Assembly (NCBI GenBank): GCA_022826805.1
Contig: JAJDUH010000062.1
Span: 66,060 to 130,059 of the forward strand
Direction: 5' to 3'
DNA length: 64,000 bases
From: Candidatus Poribacteria bacterium
GTDB taxonomy: Bacteria > Poribacteria > WGA-4E > WGA-3G
The number at the start of each line of letters is the position of its first letter. The stretch's first letter is position 1. Shown here one piece after another: positions 36,789 to 45,319 of the stretch. Below the pieces are notes generated by a model. It was given only the letters and a program-made list of their open reading frames with translations. It did not search any database and was not told the origin of the DNA. The translations under genes were made by a program, and so were the position numbers.

Positions 36789-36922
36789 GCAAAAGCAGTT
36801 TGTGGCAAAAAACGAAACGCAACCACCACACACTTTCAGTAAAGCCTATGTAGCAGGAAAACGCTTGTCATCGCCACAACGACCTACCGATTGCCAACGG
36901 CTGACGGCTGACGACTATTCCG

Positions 36923-37168
36923 CTAACGATCCAATGCTTTCATAGCGGCGATCATTTCATCGTCTGAGGGGTTGCTCTTGACCATCTCAACGAACTCCTC
37001 AGCACTTACCTTGTGTTCCTCCAGGAACACCTTATCTTGCGGTCAGGGGTAGATATACTCACCGATGATGCCCTGCAGTTTCGCATTGGCTTTATCGGAG
37101 ATTCTGGCTAACCATCGAATATCTCCGATAATCATATCCCGGTGGCGTGGTTTCCAATCGAGAGCCAT
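36923..37168 (-). CDS. 81-codon gene interrupted by a single in-frame TGA (codon 42): candidate selenoprotein or pseudogene; DUF5069-like by memory
   Basis: Hand translation: MALDWKPRHRDMIIGDIRWLARISDKANAKLQGIIGEYIYP-TGA-PQDKVFLEEHKVSAEEFVEMVKSNPSDDEMIAAMKALDR*. AAGGAGGTG lies 7 nt before the ATG. Both halves are under 60 aa, so it is absent from the ORF track. Confidence 0.55.
37013..37030 (-). promoter_or_regulatory. SECIS-like hairpin 12 nt downstream of the in-frame UGA
   Basis: On the minus strand: UGA, then ccgcaagauaag, then GUGUUCC-UGGA-GGAACAC (perfect 7-bp stem, 4-nt loop containing G). Confidence 0.4.
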
Positions 37169-37307
37169 CTGTTTCACCTCCTTTAATCGTTATCAGTACG
37201 GTTTGCTTAGCAAACCTTTCAGTTATCAGTTGTCGGTTAAGAGGTGTCATCGTTTACCCAAACGCCTTTTTAAGCGACAACCGGCTGCTGACTGCCGACA
37301 GCAGGTT

Positions 37308-40300
37308 CTATTGTGTGTTTCCCTCAAGCTGCCGCAAAGCGCCCTCTAAAAGTTGAAGAGCCCTGCCATACTCTGCCCAGTTCCCAGCGCGTCGTGCGTC
37401 TTGCGCTTGAGTGAAGTAGCGGTTTGCTTGTTCAATAAGTCCTCGTAACGAGATTTGAGTTGTGCCGGGATCAGCGGCTGTTTCAGTTGTTGCTACGGTA
37501 TCAGTGGCTTGAGATAGCATTCCCTCTCCGAACATCTTGACGAGCGCCTCATCAAGGGTGGCTCCCCAGACAACTTGGTTGCCATAGCCAATGACGACTC
37601 GCCGCAATTCGGGGATAGCGGTTTTCTCATCTTCGGACTGAATGTAAATAGGCTCTACATAAAGCAGGGAGTTGTTCATCGGGAGAATCAACAGATTGCC
37701 TCGTAAGACGCGGGATCCTTGTGTATTCCAAAGACTAATCTGTTGGGAAATCTCCGGCTCTTGGCTAATAAAGTTTTCCACTTGCATGGGTCCAGCGACC
37801 TGTTTGCCTTTCGGGAAACGGTAAACGAGGAGCTGCCCGTATTGGGGCAAATCGCATCGGGCGGCGAGCCACGCGGTAAGATTCGGCTTGTTGAGGGGTG
37901 TGAAAGGTAACATTAACATGAATTCCGCCTTCTCCTGCCCCGGTAGCCTGATAACAACATAGTAGGGTTCAACGGGTTGCCCGTTTACGCCAGAAGTTTG
38001 GGGTACTTGTTGTGGCGCAAAAGGACTTCTTTGTTGGGGCGGTGCAGCTTGCCGCGTTTGGGCATCCGTGTTGTCATAGAGTTCCCTGCCAATCTCCCAT
38101 TTATCTTCACCCGCATAAAAGGTTACCGGATCCTTCATGTGATAATCTTGATAGACCCGCGCTTGAATCAGGAACATGGATGTCGGATAACGGATATGCG
38201 TTTTGAGTTCATCTGGCATCTCTTCAAACGATTTGAAGAGATCTGGGAAGATTCTGCGATAGCACTCGGCAATAGGATCCTGTTCTCGTTCCATAATATA
38301 AAAATCGACACTACCATCGTAAGTATCAACAATCACTTTGACAGAATTTCGGATATAGTTGCCCCACGGTTCACTGTTCCGCTGTGTATTTGCAATTTGT
38401 CGCCTTCTTTCGCTGACAAACTCCTCCATAGAAACAGCATAGGGATACCGATGGGTGATGGTATACGCATCGATTATCCAAACGAGTCTCCCGTTATGGA
38501 TAACGATGTAGGGGTCGCCATCATATCGCAAGAAAGGTGCGATCTTCTGAACTCGTTCCCTGATATTTCGTTCATAGAGAATCCGACTGGTCGGTGAAAT
38601 TTCACCCGGCAAGACGAAGTTAATTTCGTTATCGAATTTGAGCATATAAACGAGTTTACGCCAGAAAGAGTTCAACTGTACGCCGCCTTTTCCCTGATAT
38701 GCATATTCGGCGTATTGTTGTCCCTCTTGCGGATAATCGAATTCAAGCCCTTGGGGACGATCTGGGTGGACAATAACGTAGCGATTGGTCCGCTCACCAT
38801 AGTAGATACGGGGTCCCGGCGTTTCACTAAATCGGTGTTGCCACTGTTCGTTATAATCAATAGGCGGCAACCCTTGAATGTACATGTTCGGTTTGCCGTT
38901 ATCAATTTCGTTGACAGGACTAACGACTGCACCATATCCGTGTGTATAGGTATAGGTCTGCTTATACCAATCATTTCTGATTTCTACGGGAAGTTCGTTG
39001 ATATTGAGTTCCCGTCCGGCAAGCATTACCTGTCGAATTTCACCATCAACAACATAGCGATCAATGTCAACATCATTGAAGTCGTATTGCGATCTTAATT
39101 CTTGGAGTTGGCGGAAAGTTCTGCGTAAGGGGCGCCAATCCCAGAGTCGGATGCTATTAAAAACAGGGGCGTTTTCTGGACTTCTAATATCAGCATAATT
39201 GAGTTGCTCCGTCAGTGGGTATTCCTGCTCGGTCACAGTGTTTCCGGCTAAGCCGTAAGCTTGGAGCGTTGCTTTGATATTATAGTTGATATAATCTGAC
39301 TCTAATACCTGTTTTCTGGGTTCAACTTGCCATCTCTGTATAGCGACGGGATAGGCTTGTCCGAGGAATCCAGCGATTAGAAAGACGGCGAATCCACCGA
39401 AAGCAAGGGTGTTGCGCTTCAGGAAGATGCTGACGATGAAAACCAACGCACACAAGATTGTGATACCGAGCATAATCCACAATACAGGAAGGCGCGCCTG
39501 TATAGCAGCGTATCCACCACCGCCACGCACGACATTGTTTGAGGTATACAACAAGTCGTACATAGCGAATTGGTAGTTCCAAGCGCGGCAGAGGAGTGTT
39601 ATCCCAACGAGTGTAAACAGATGGGCTTTCACGTTGAAAGGCGGACGGAACCTAAACTGGTTGGTATCACCCGTGATTAACCCGTGGAAAAAGTAGATAA
39701 CGACTGCGAATATTGTTACCAACAAGAAAACACCAAAAAGCGTTCCACAGATATATCGCCACATGGGCATTCTGAAAACATAATAGGAGACATCTTTATT
39801 GAAAATCGGGTCGCGTGCGGGTGAAGTAAAAAACGCTTTTTGTCCAGGTTCTATCTGAATGGATGTATTCAATCGGATAGCATTGCCCAAGACAGCTTCA
39901 ACGCGTGCCTCCTGATTTATGCCATTGACCTGAACATTTACTGGATCCCCAACCGTTATATTTTTCGCTTGGAGTTCCAATTCTGAGACCGGAATCTCGT
40001 TAGAATCAAGCCCACCTTCGGCGATAATAGGCGTAGCTGCAGGAAAAACGAGTTCATTGGAATTGGCGAAACGTTGGTAAACCTCCCAGCGGTCACTGGC
40101 TGTGTATCCCATCAAGACACTAAAAAGCACTGCGAGAAGCGTTAGCCCACCGTAAATCAACCTTCGTGTAGCACCCGGATCGTCTGTAGCACCGGTGAAT
40201 TCGGCACCTCCCATAAAAGCGGGGCTGAGATACGCTGGCGTGAATCGGTAGATTACAGCAATATTTGTTAGCAGGATTATCAAATAGCAGAGCCCAACAA

Positions 40301-40469
40301 TTAGACCGACCCCGATCTTTGTTGTGAGAATTTTAGTGTAAACGCTCCAATAGTCTACTACCTTGAACCATAGAAAATCAGGGTAAAGGTTAACCCAAAT
40401 GGCAGCGAGTCCTCCGATAATTGCGAGGACAACGATAGTAGGAATCAAGCGTTTGGTTCGTGAATCCAT
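37308..40469 (-). CDS. UPF0182 family large polytopic membrane protein
   Basis: 1053 aa. N-terminal multi-TM region with DFLWFKVVDYWSVY, large C-terminal domain with YTHGYGAVVSPVNE, YIQGLPP, NSVKVIVDTYDGSVDFYI. Confidence 0.75.
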   Translation of the reverse strand: MDSRTKRLIPTIVVLAIIGGLAAIWVNLYPDFLWFKVVDYWSVYTKILTTKIGVGLIVGLCYLIILLTNIAVIYRFTPAYLSPAFMGGAEFTGATDDPGATRRLIYGGLTLLAVLFSVLMGYTASDRWEVYQRFANSNELVFPAATPIIAEGGLDSNEIPVSELELQAKNITVGDPVNVQVNGINQEARVEAVLGNAIRLNTSIQIEPGQKAFFTSPARDPIFNKDVSYYVFRMPMWRYICGTLFGVFLLVTIFAVVIYFFHGLITGDTNQFRFRPPFNVKAHLFTLVGITLLCRAWNYQFAMYDLLYTSNNVVRGGGGYAAIQARLPVLWIMLGITILCALVFIVSIFLKRNTLAFGGFAVFLIAGFLGQAYPVAIQRWQVEPRKQVLESDYINYNIKATLQAYGLAGNTVTEQEYPLTEQLNYADIRSPENAPVFNSIRLWDWRPLRRTFRQLQELRSQYDFNDVDIDRYVVDGEIRQVMLAGRELNINELPVEIRNDWYKQTYTYTHGYGAVVSPVNEIDNGKPNMYIQGLPPIDYNEQWQHRFSETPGPRIYYGERTNRYVIVHPDRPQGLEFDYPQEGQQYAEYAYQGKGGVQLNSFWRKLVYMLKFDNEINFVLPGEISPTSRILYERNIRERVQKIAPFLRYDGDPYIVIHNGRLVWIIDAYTITHRYPYAVSMEEFVSERRRQIANTQRNSEPWGNYIRNSVKVIVDTYDGSVDFYIMEREQDPIAECYRRIFPDLFKSFEEMPDELKTHIRYPTSMFLIQARVYQDYHMKDPVTFYAGEDKWEIGRELYDNTDAQTRQAAPPQQRSPFAPQQVPQTSGVNGQPVEPYYVVIRLPGQEKAEFMLMLPFTPLNKPNLTAWLAARCDLPQYGQLLVYRFPKGKQVAGPMQVENFISQEPEISQQISLWNTQGSRVLRGNLLILPMNNSLLYVEPIYIQSEDEKTAIPELRRVVIGYGNQVVWGATLDEALVKMFGEGMLSQATDTVATTETAADPGTTQISLRGLIEQANRYFTQAQDARRAGNWAEYGRALQLLEGALRQLEGNTQ

Positions 40470-40660
40470 TTTTTAATTATTAACCTCTTGAGTTTCACGG
40501 TTTGCTCCGCTGTCGCAAACCTTATACTTTTTTAAGATAACTGGATCCTGGTTTTTCACGATCTATTATCCGCCATTTGGTTATGCAATTGACTGAAGTA
40601 GCGTTGAATTAACAGGAACCGCTTTCCGACAACGGAGGAAAGCGACCAGCGTACAATAGT

Positions 40661-43600
40661 TTAAAAAGCTTGTCCAAGTCCAAGGTGAAATTTTACACCG
40701 GGATCCAATCTGGTGAGGTCGGTAAGTCGTGCTGCGGCGAAATCTATGGAAAACACCCCGAGTTGCAGTCGAAGACCGATCCCGATTGCGGCTTTGACGT
40801 GTTCGAGACGCAGTCGATTTTTCTCCCAGACAAAGATCTTGTACGGATTATCCGTTCCATACTGCCAATCTGACCAAGCACCGCCCATATCTGCAAAAGC
40901 GATCCCACGGATCCCACCGAGCGTCCACGGAACGGGCCATCCGAAGTGAAGTACATCTATAAAAGGGATGCGGACTTCCAAATTGAGCAGTCCGATGCGC
41001 GTGCCGACCAATGCTTCATAGTCATGACCGCGTATTGTATCAATCCCACCGAGATAGAAGTATGATTTGTCAGCACCAAAGTTGCCGCCGAGCAATAACC
41101 GTGCTGCAATAGTAGAGCGCCTACCGAGTCCGAAGTAACGGCGGGCATCAAAAATAACGTTTGTTATTGCCAATTCACTACCGAGTGCAGGGATAGACTG
41201 TTCAAGTTCGACGCGATATCGTGAACCTGTATAAGGCGCCCACTCCCGCCACATCGTGGTATCGCCAACAAAAGCGACAGAGCCGACGGTAAGTAAACCT
41301 CTATCGTCGTACAGATCCAAAGGTTGGCTGGTTTGGTAGTTAAAGGAAAACGGCTTCGAGTACATAGCGAATTCAAAGTCAAGGCGGTGGTATCTGTCAA
41401 ACGGGTAATTGACATACGCGCCGAGTCCAGTAATCCGTTGCAAAATGCCACGCCTCCTCTGGATACCGCCCAAGATGTGATACTCGTGATAATTGTAAAT
41501 CATTGCGCCAACATCGGTTCGATGTGTCAAGAACCCATACTGTGCGATAAAATCTGGGGCAAGATAGCTGGACTGGTTCATCACACTGACTCCGATGCGA
41601 TGGTTGCCGAGCATATCACTGCCGACAATCTGAACCGTACTTCTCAGAAGACCATCGGCACCGAAACTAAAATCTGGGAAGATGGCATCTAAAGCGAAAG
41701 AGGATTTTGTGCTGTACTTTCGCTTAGCGATCCTATAATTCTCTGGAATCTCGGCTGTCAAAATCGCAGTGGGTTCTTCGACGTCTGACACCTCCGTTTT
41801 CTCCTCTATGGTTTTAGAGATATCCATGAGACAGACATCGTATTTTCCGTTCTGGTATGCGCTAAACAGAAGGTGTTCTCTGTCTGGGGAAAAACTCGGA
41901 TTAAAACAGCCCGTCATGATGTTGGTAAGACGCGTCAGTTCAATTGCTAAAGACGGGTCCGAAGCCTTCTCCTCTCCCTGTGCGGATACGCCTAATTCTG
42001 TGTCCGTCGTGCTATCAGTTTGTTGTAGAGGGTCTATCGCTTCTATGGCATCTATGTTTTCCTCTGTGCTCGTTTTCTCTACAATTTCAAGTTCATAGGC
42101 ATCATAAATTCCCAAGGCATCTGAACAGAAGAGAATGGATTCACCATCTGGGGTCCAAGCTGGGCTGATAGCATTAGCGGTGCGATCTGTCAGCACACGT
42201 TCCGTACCGAGGTTGAGGTCTATAAGGACGATCCTATTTTTACCGCGCTCTGAAGCGTAGACGATTTTACCATCCGTTGGATGCCATGAAGGATGCGTGT
42301 CATTGAACGGATCGAACGTTAGGCGGTCTACGTCACCGGTCAGCAATTCAATGATATAGAGGTCTGTCTGCCCCTCTTTCAGGGCGGAAAAGATGATTCG
42401 CTCACCGCTGCCATCATAGTCCGGGGAGGTGACGTTGTCAAAATCGAGTTCAAAGTACTGTGTGAGCTCCTCTGTCAAAATGTTGACTTCAAGTAGATAG
42501 TTGGCATCGTGATACTTGGCGACAAAGGCAATCCTATCGCCATCAGGTGCCCAAGCAAGACTTCTGCCGAACCCGCTGAAATCAGTGCGAATCTCCTCGT
42601 ATTTTTCACGGAAAAGCCGCTTAGTGACGCGCTTGATGCGTTCACCGGTTTTTGCGGACATGAGGACAATCTCCAGAAACCCTTCATTTCCTGTAACATA
42701 GGCGATAATATCGCCGCTTGGTGACCAGATAGGTTTAATGTTATGGGAGTATCGCGATTTCTCGGTCAGATTCTTGGCGACGAGGTCGGGTAATTCCCGA
42801 TGTTCAATGAGGGGCCAGTAACGTTTTCGGACTGTCTGTCTCCACGCTTTATCAAATTCTTCGAGTTCTACGCCGAGAACTTCTATGAAAACTTGGTTGA
42901 TATCCTTCGTCCGACTCTGTCGTAATCCTTGCAAAATCTCAGCAATTTTCTCCCGTCCATACGTCTCTGTGAGATACGCCACAGCCAATTGTCCGAGTTT
43001 ATATCCGATGAAAGGTGAACTGAGTCGATTGAAATTTTGGAGTTGCGGTAGTGGGACGATGTTGTTATTCATGCTTGCATCGCGAATTACCATTTCGCCG
43101 ATTGCGTCGTTGTCTTCGGCAAAGTAGTCCGCCATTCCCTCTATGAACCAGATCGGTGCGGAATAGAGAAATTCACCACTATAGATACGCGCATGCGGTT
43201 TCTGATAGATGATATCGTACTGGAAAATGTGAATAAGCTCATGGAAAATTACCTCTCGAAACGCTTCAAGCGAACCTGTGAAAGGTATAACGATGCGATG
43301 CTTAAAGATCTCTGCGAACCCTCCAATACCTTCGTGAAGTTCTTGGAGGATTATGTTGGTTTCCTGAAAGTCTTTATGGGATTTATAAAGGATAAGGGGT
43401 GTTCTATCTCGCAGCTCATGTTCAAAATCCGCACTGTGTTGCTCGTAAGCCTCCTCTGCGATGGCAGCCATAATGGGCACGAGTTTCGCTTCGCTCGGAT
43501 AGTAGTGAATATCAAAATGCTCTGTCCTATGAATGTGCCACTCAAAACGCTGTCCCGTAATCTTATTCTTCCCAAATCCCTGTGCCCACGTGACACAAGG

Positions 43601-43690
43601 AATAGCGAATAGCAAATAGCAAATAGCGAATAGCAAATAGCGAATAGCCAACTGTCGATTGCCAATTTGATTTTTTTTCACACCACTCAT
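40661..43690 (-). CDS. Outer-membrane protein: zincin (HExxH) domain + TolB-like PD40 repeats + Omp85/BamA-like C-terminal barrel
   Basis: Signal peptide. FHELIHIF. Repeated SP(S/D)G..I(A/V)(Y/F) PD40-type units. C-terminus ...GIGLRLQLGVFSIDFAAA...FHLGLGQAF ends in Phe. Confidence 0.65.
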   Translation of the reverse strand: MSGVKKNQIGNRQLAIRYLLFAICYLLFAIPCVTWAQGFGKNKITGQRFEWHIHRTEHFDIHYYPSEAKLVPIMAAIAEEAYEQHSADFEHELRDRTPLILYKSHKDFQETNIILQELHEGIGGFAEIFKHRIVIPFTGSLEAFREVIFHELIHIFQYDIIYQKPHARIYSGEFLYSAPIWFIEGMADYFAEDNDAIGEMVIRDASMNNNIVPLPQLQNFNRLSSPFIGYKLGQLAVAYLTETYGREKIAEILQGLRQSRTKDINQVFIEVLGVELEEFDKAWRQTVRKRYWPLIEHRELPDLVAKNLTEKSRYSHNIKPIWSPSGDIIAYVTGNEGFLEIVLMSAKTGERIKRVTKRLFREKYEEIRTDFSGFGRSLAWAPDGDRIAFVAKYHDANYLLEVNILTEELTQYFELDFDNVTSPDYDGSGERIIFSALKEGQTDLYIIELLTGDVDRLTFDPFNDTHPSWHPTDGKIVYASERGKNRIVLIDLNLGTERVLTDRTANAISPAWTPDGESILFCSDALGIYDAYELEIVEKTSTEENIDAIEAIDPLQQTDSTTDTELGVSAQGEEKASDPSLAIELTRLTNIMTGCFNPSFSPDREHLLFSAYQNGKYDVCLMDISKTIEEKTEVSDVEEPTAILTAEIPENYRIAKRKYSTKSSFALDAIFPDFSFGADGLLRSTVQIVGSDMLGNHRIGVSVMNQSSYLAPDFIAQYGFLTHRTDVGAMIYNYHEYHILGGIQRRRGILQRITGLGAYVNYPFDRYHRLDFEFAMYSKPFSFNYQTSQPLDLYDDRGLLTVGSVAFVGDTTMWREWAPYTGSRYRVELEQSIPALGSELAITNVIFDARRYFGLGRRSTIAARLLLGGNFGADKSYFYLGGIDTIRGHDYEALVGTRIGLLNLEVRIPFIDVLHFGWPVPWTLGGIRGIAFADMGGAWSDWQYGTDNPYKIFVWEKNRLRLEHVKAAIGIGLRLQLGVFSIDFAAARLTDLTRLDPGVKFHLGLGQAF
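43600..43648. repeat. Seven tandem heptanucleotide units ([ga]aatagc) inside the 5' coding end of the OMP gene
   Basis: gaatagc gaatagc aaatagc aaatagc gaatagc aaatagc gaatagc. On the coding strand this is translated as AIRYLLFAICYLLFAI, the hydrophobic core of the signal peptide. Confidence 0.95.
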
Positions 43691-43703
43691 CTTTTTTTCC
43701 TAC

Positions 43704-44420
43704 CTATTTTACCAAATACCTATCTTCTTGCTCATAATGTGGGGAGATTTGACGCGTAAACTCTGACACAGCACGCCTACCGAGTTCTCTGACAGTATTT
43801 GCCTGCGGACCTGCCTGAGAAAAAATAAATGAACCGATAGTATGCGCCTCTGCGGTGCTCCGCCGGTATGACTCATCCCAAATAATTTTCTCAGTTTCAA
43901 CATCAACAATCATGACACGCAGGGAGAGCAGATAGGTTTTTTGCATGTAGTCTTGATAATCCATCACGTAGCGTTGTCGTTGTATGGAGTAGCGCTCGCC
44001 ATAATACCGTCTCGGCCGACTATCTGAATAAAATCGGAAGCTCCCGACGATAACCCCTTTCACCTCAAAATACTCGCCGAGTTGGCTGAGATGCTTTGTA
44101 TCAGAGAGCCATTCCTCTCCGAGGTCTTCGCCGGTAAGGATTCTTGCTGTTTCCTGCGAGCTGACGACTTCAAAGCGTTTTTGGCGCGCTAAACCTCTGC
44201 GGAGGGTCGCGGCGATGTCCTCGCCGACCTCCGGTGGTAATTCTTCGTTGTGATCTCTCTGCTTTTCACTGACAAATGGCAAAACAGCGAAGTTGGAATA
44301 CCGGGTAATGTCAATCTCAGATTGGACCTTCACCGGAATAGAGACACGTGTGACAGCAGTGCTACATCCGCAAAATGTTAGCATTACCAAGAGAATTCCT
44401 ATCTTTTTCACTATCTGCAT
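43704..44420 (-). CDS. Lipoprotein (LpoB/DUF799-like by pattern)
   Basis: Start moved to MQIVKKIGILLVMLTFCGCS (GGAGA RBS, lipobox). FAVLPF.S motif. 14 nt after the TPR lipoprotein stop. Confidence 0.55.
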   Translation of the reverse strand: MQIVKKIGILLVMLTFCGCSTAVTRVSIPVKVQSEIDITRYSNFAVLPFVSEKQRDHNEELPPEVGEDIAATLRRGLARQKRFEVVSSQETARILTGEDLGEEWLSDTKHLSQLGEYFEVKGVIVGSFRFYSDSRPRRYYGERYSIQRQRYVMDYQDYMQKTYLLSLRVMIVDVETEKIIWDESYRRSTAEAHTIGSFIFSQAGPQANTVRELGRRAVSEFTRQISPHYEQEDRYLVK

Positions 44421-44433
44421 CCTGCTGTCTCCA

Positions 44434-44844
44434 TTATTCCCCAACTGGAGATTCCTCTTCTTCTGAGTGGGGCGTATCGTCACCGTTAATTCCACTTCGC
44501 CGAATGTGTATACGACACCGCCGATAGTTGAGCCGGTAGTATTTATTATCCGGTTCTAATTCCGTTGCGCGCTGATAAGCAGCGACTGCCTCATCTATCT
44601 TTCCGAGCGCCTCGTAAGCAACACCGATGTTATTATAGGCTTTGGCGTCCTCTGGGTCAACATCAATAACTTGTTTCCATCGGAAGACCGCCTCGTTCCA
44701 GAGTTGTGCTTGTGCTGCTTTTATTGCGAATTGATTGTAAGCTTCAATTTGGTTAGTATCACGCGACACAGCGCATCCAGACAGAATTAAGCACACAAGA
44801 ATAGCAATTGACGCGAGTCGGTTGGAGTTTAACACAACTATCAC
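44434..44844 (-). CDS. Small TPR lipoprotein
   Basis: Lipobox LILSGC, GTG start. TPR units (AKAYNNIGVAYEALGKIDEAVAAYQRATELEPDN). Confidence 0.65.
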   Translation of the reverse strand: MIVVLNSNRLASIAILVCLILSGCAVSRDTNQIEAYNQFAIKAAQAQLWNEAVFRWKQVIDVDPEDAKAYNNIGVAYEALGKIDEAVAAYQRATELEPDNKYYRLNYRRCRIHIRRSGINGDDTPHSEEEESPVGE

Positions 44845-44951
44845 CTCAAAATTTTGCGATGTGATTTGCAGGCTACATCGTATGTATATATTACATTGTA
44901 CTCACCTTTTGCGTCAAGGGAAAAAGGGCAAGTGACCTCTGAACTTAAAAC

Positions 44952-44981
44952 TTGACATTATTTGCATTTTTTGTGTATCAT
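44952..44981 (+). promoter_or_regulatory. Sigma70-like promoter about 340 nt upstream of the LRR/LTD gene
   Basis: TTGACA (44952-44957), 18-nt spacer, TATCAT (44976-44981). Confidence 0.5.
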
Positions 44982-45247
44982 GATACTGATTAAAAACGTT
45001 ACAGAATAAGAAACTGATACGAATTGTCCAAACTTTAGTCATTTGGGTGAGAGGACCCGCGTGAAGATGTCCCCCATTAACTGTTTGCCTCAAGTTTCTG
45101 TCTATATGCCGAATATTGTGTCGGTTGTGCGTTTCTGGTCCCTTAACCAGTCAAGTAAGCCTACCCCCCCTCCACTTTTCACAAGTTAAGTATTTTATCG
45201 TCCAAGTTTCTGCCTCGTTGTCAAACGCCGGACAGGATAGTCTCGCG

Positions 45248-45296
45248 CCCGCACACGCCTTGTTTCACATAGTGAAGCGTGTTGCGGGATTTTTTT
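45248..45296 (+). terminator. Intrinsic-terminator-like hairpin plus T7 tract, 23 nt before the LRR/LTD start codon (attenuator or sRNA 3' end)
   Basis: cccgcacacgc..tttcac-ata-gtgaa-gcgtgttgcggg followed by a-ttttttt (45290-45296). Confidence 0.6.
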
Positions 45297-45319
45297 GCTG
45301 CATCAGGGTTCCGCAAAAA

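Noticed and set aside
36923-37168. Genome-wide reassignment of TGA as the explanation for the in-frame TGA
   Set aside because: TGA terminates several well-defined genes in the window at the expected protein ends (prfA 5868-5870, paralogue A 17566-17568, DUF5131 23872-23874).
37065-37356. Two plus-strand ORFs (94 and 69 aa) over the 36.9-37.3 kb gap
   Set aside because: They are antisense to, or overlap, the minus-strand small gene, which has a strong RBS and a coherent protein-like translation. Their own translations look random.
37977-38597. 206-aa plus-strand ORF inside the UPF0182 gene, and similar antisense ORFs at 43193-43612, 56523-56996, 55913-56320, 21463-21936 and 460-837
   Set aside because: They are antisense to long genes with clear family signatures. 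They have no RBS, and their translations have odd composition (Cys/Arg/Ser-rich).
43600-43648. Heptamer arrays (here and at 36768, 49762, 55648, 63956) considered as CRISPR-like arrays
   Set aside because: The units are 7 nt and directly abutting, with no spacers. No cas genes are present. They are simple tandem repeats.
45116-45319. Upstream 68 codons of the 1538-aa track ORF
   Set aside because: There is no RBS at 45116. The stretch contains a terminator hairpin plus T7 tract. A typical signal peptide begins at the ATG at 45320.
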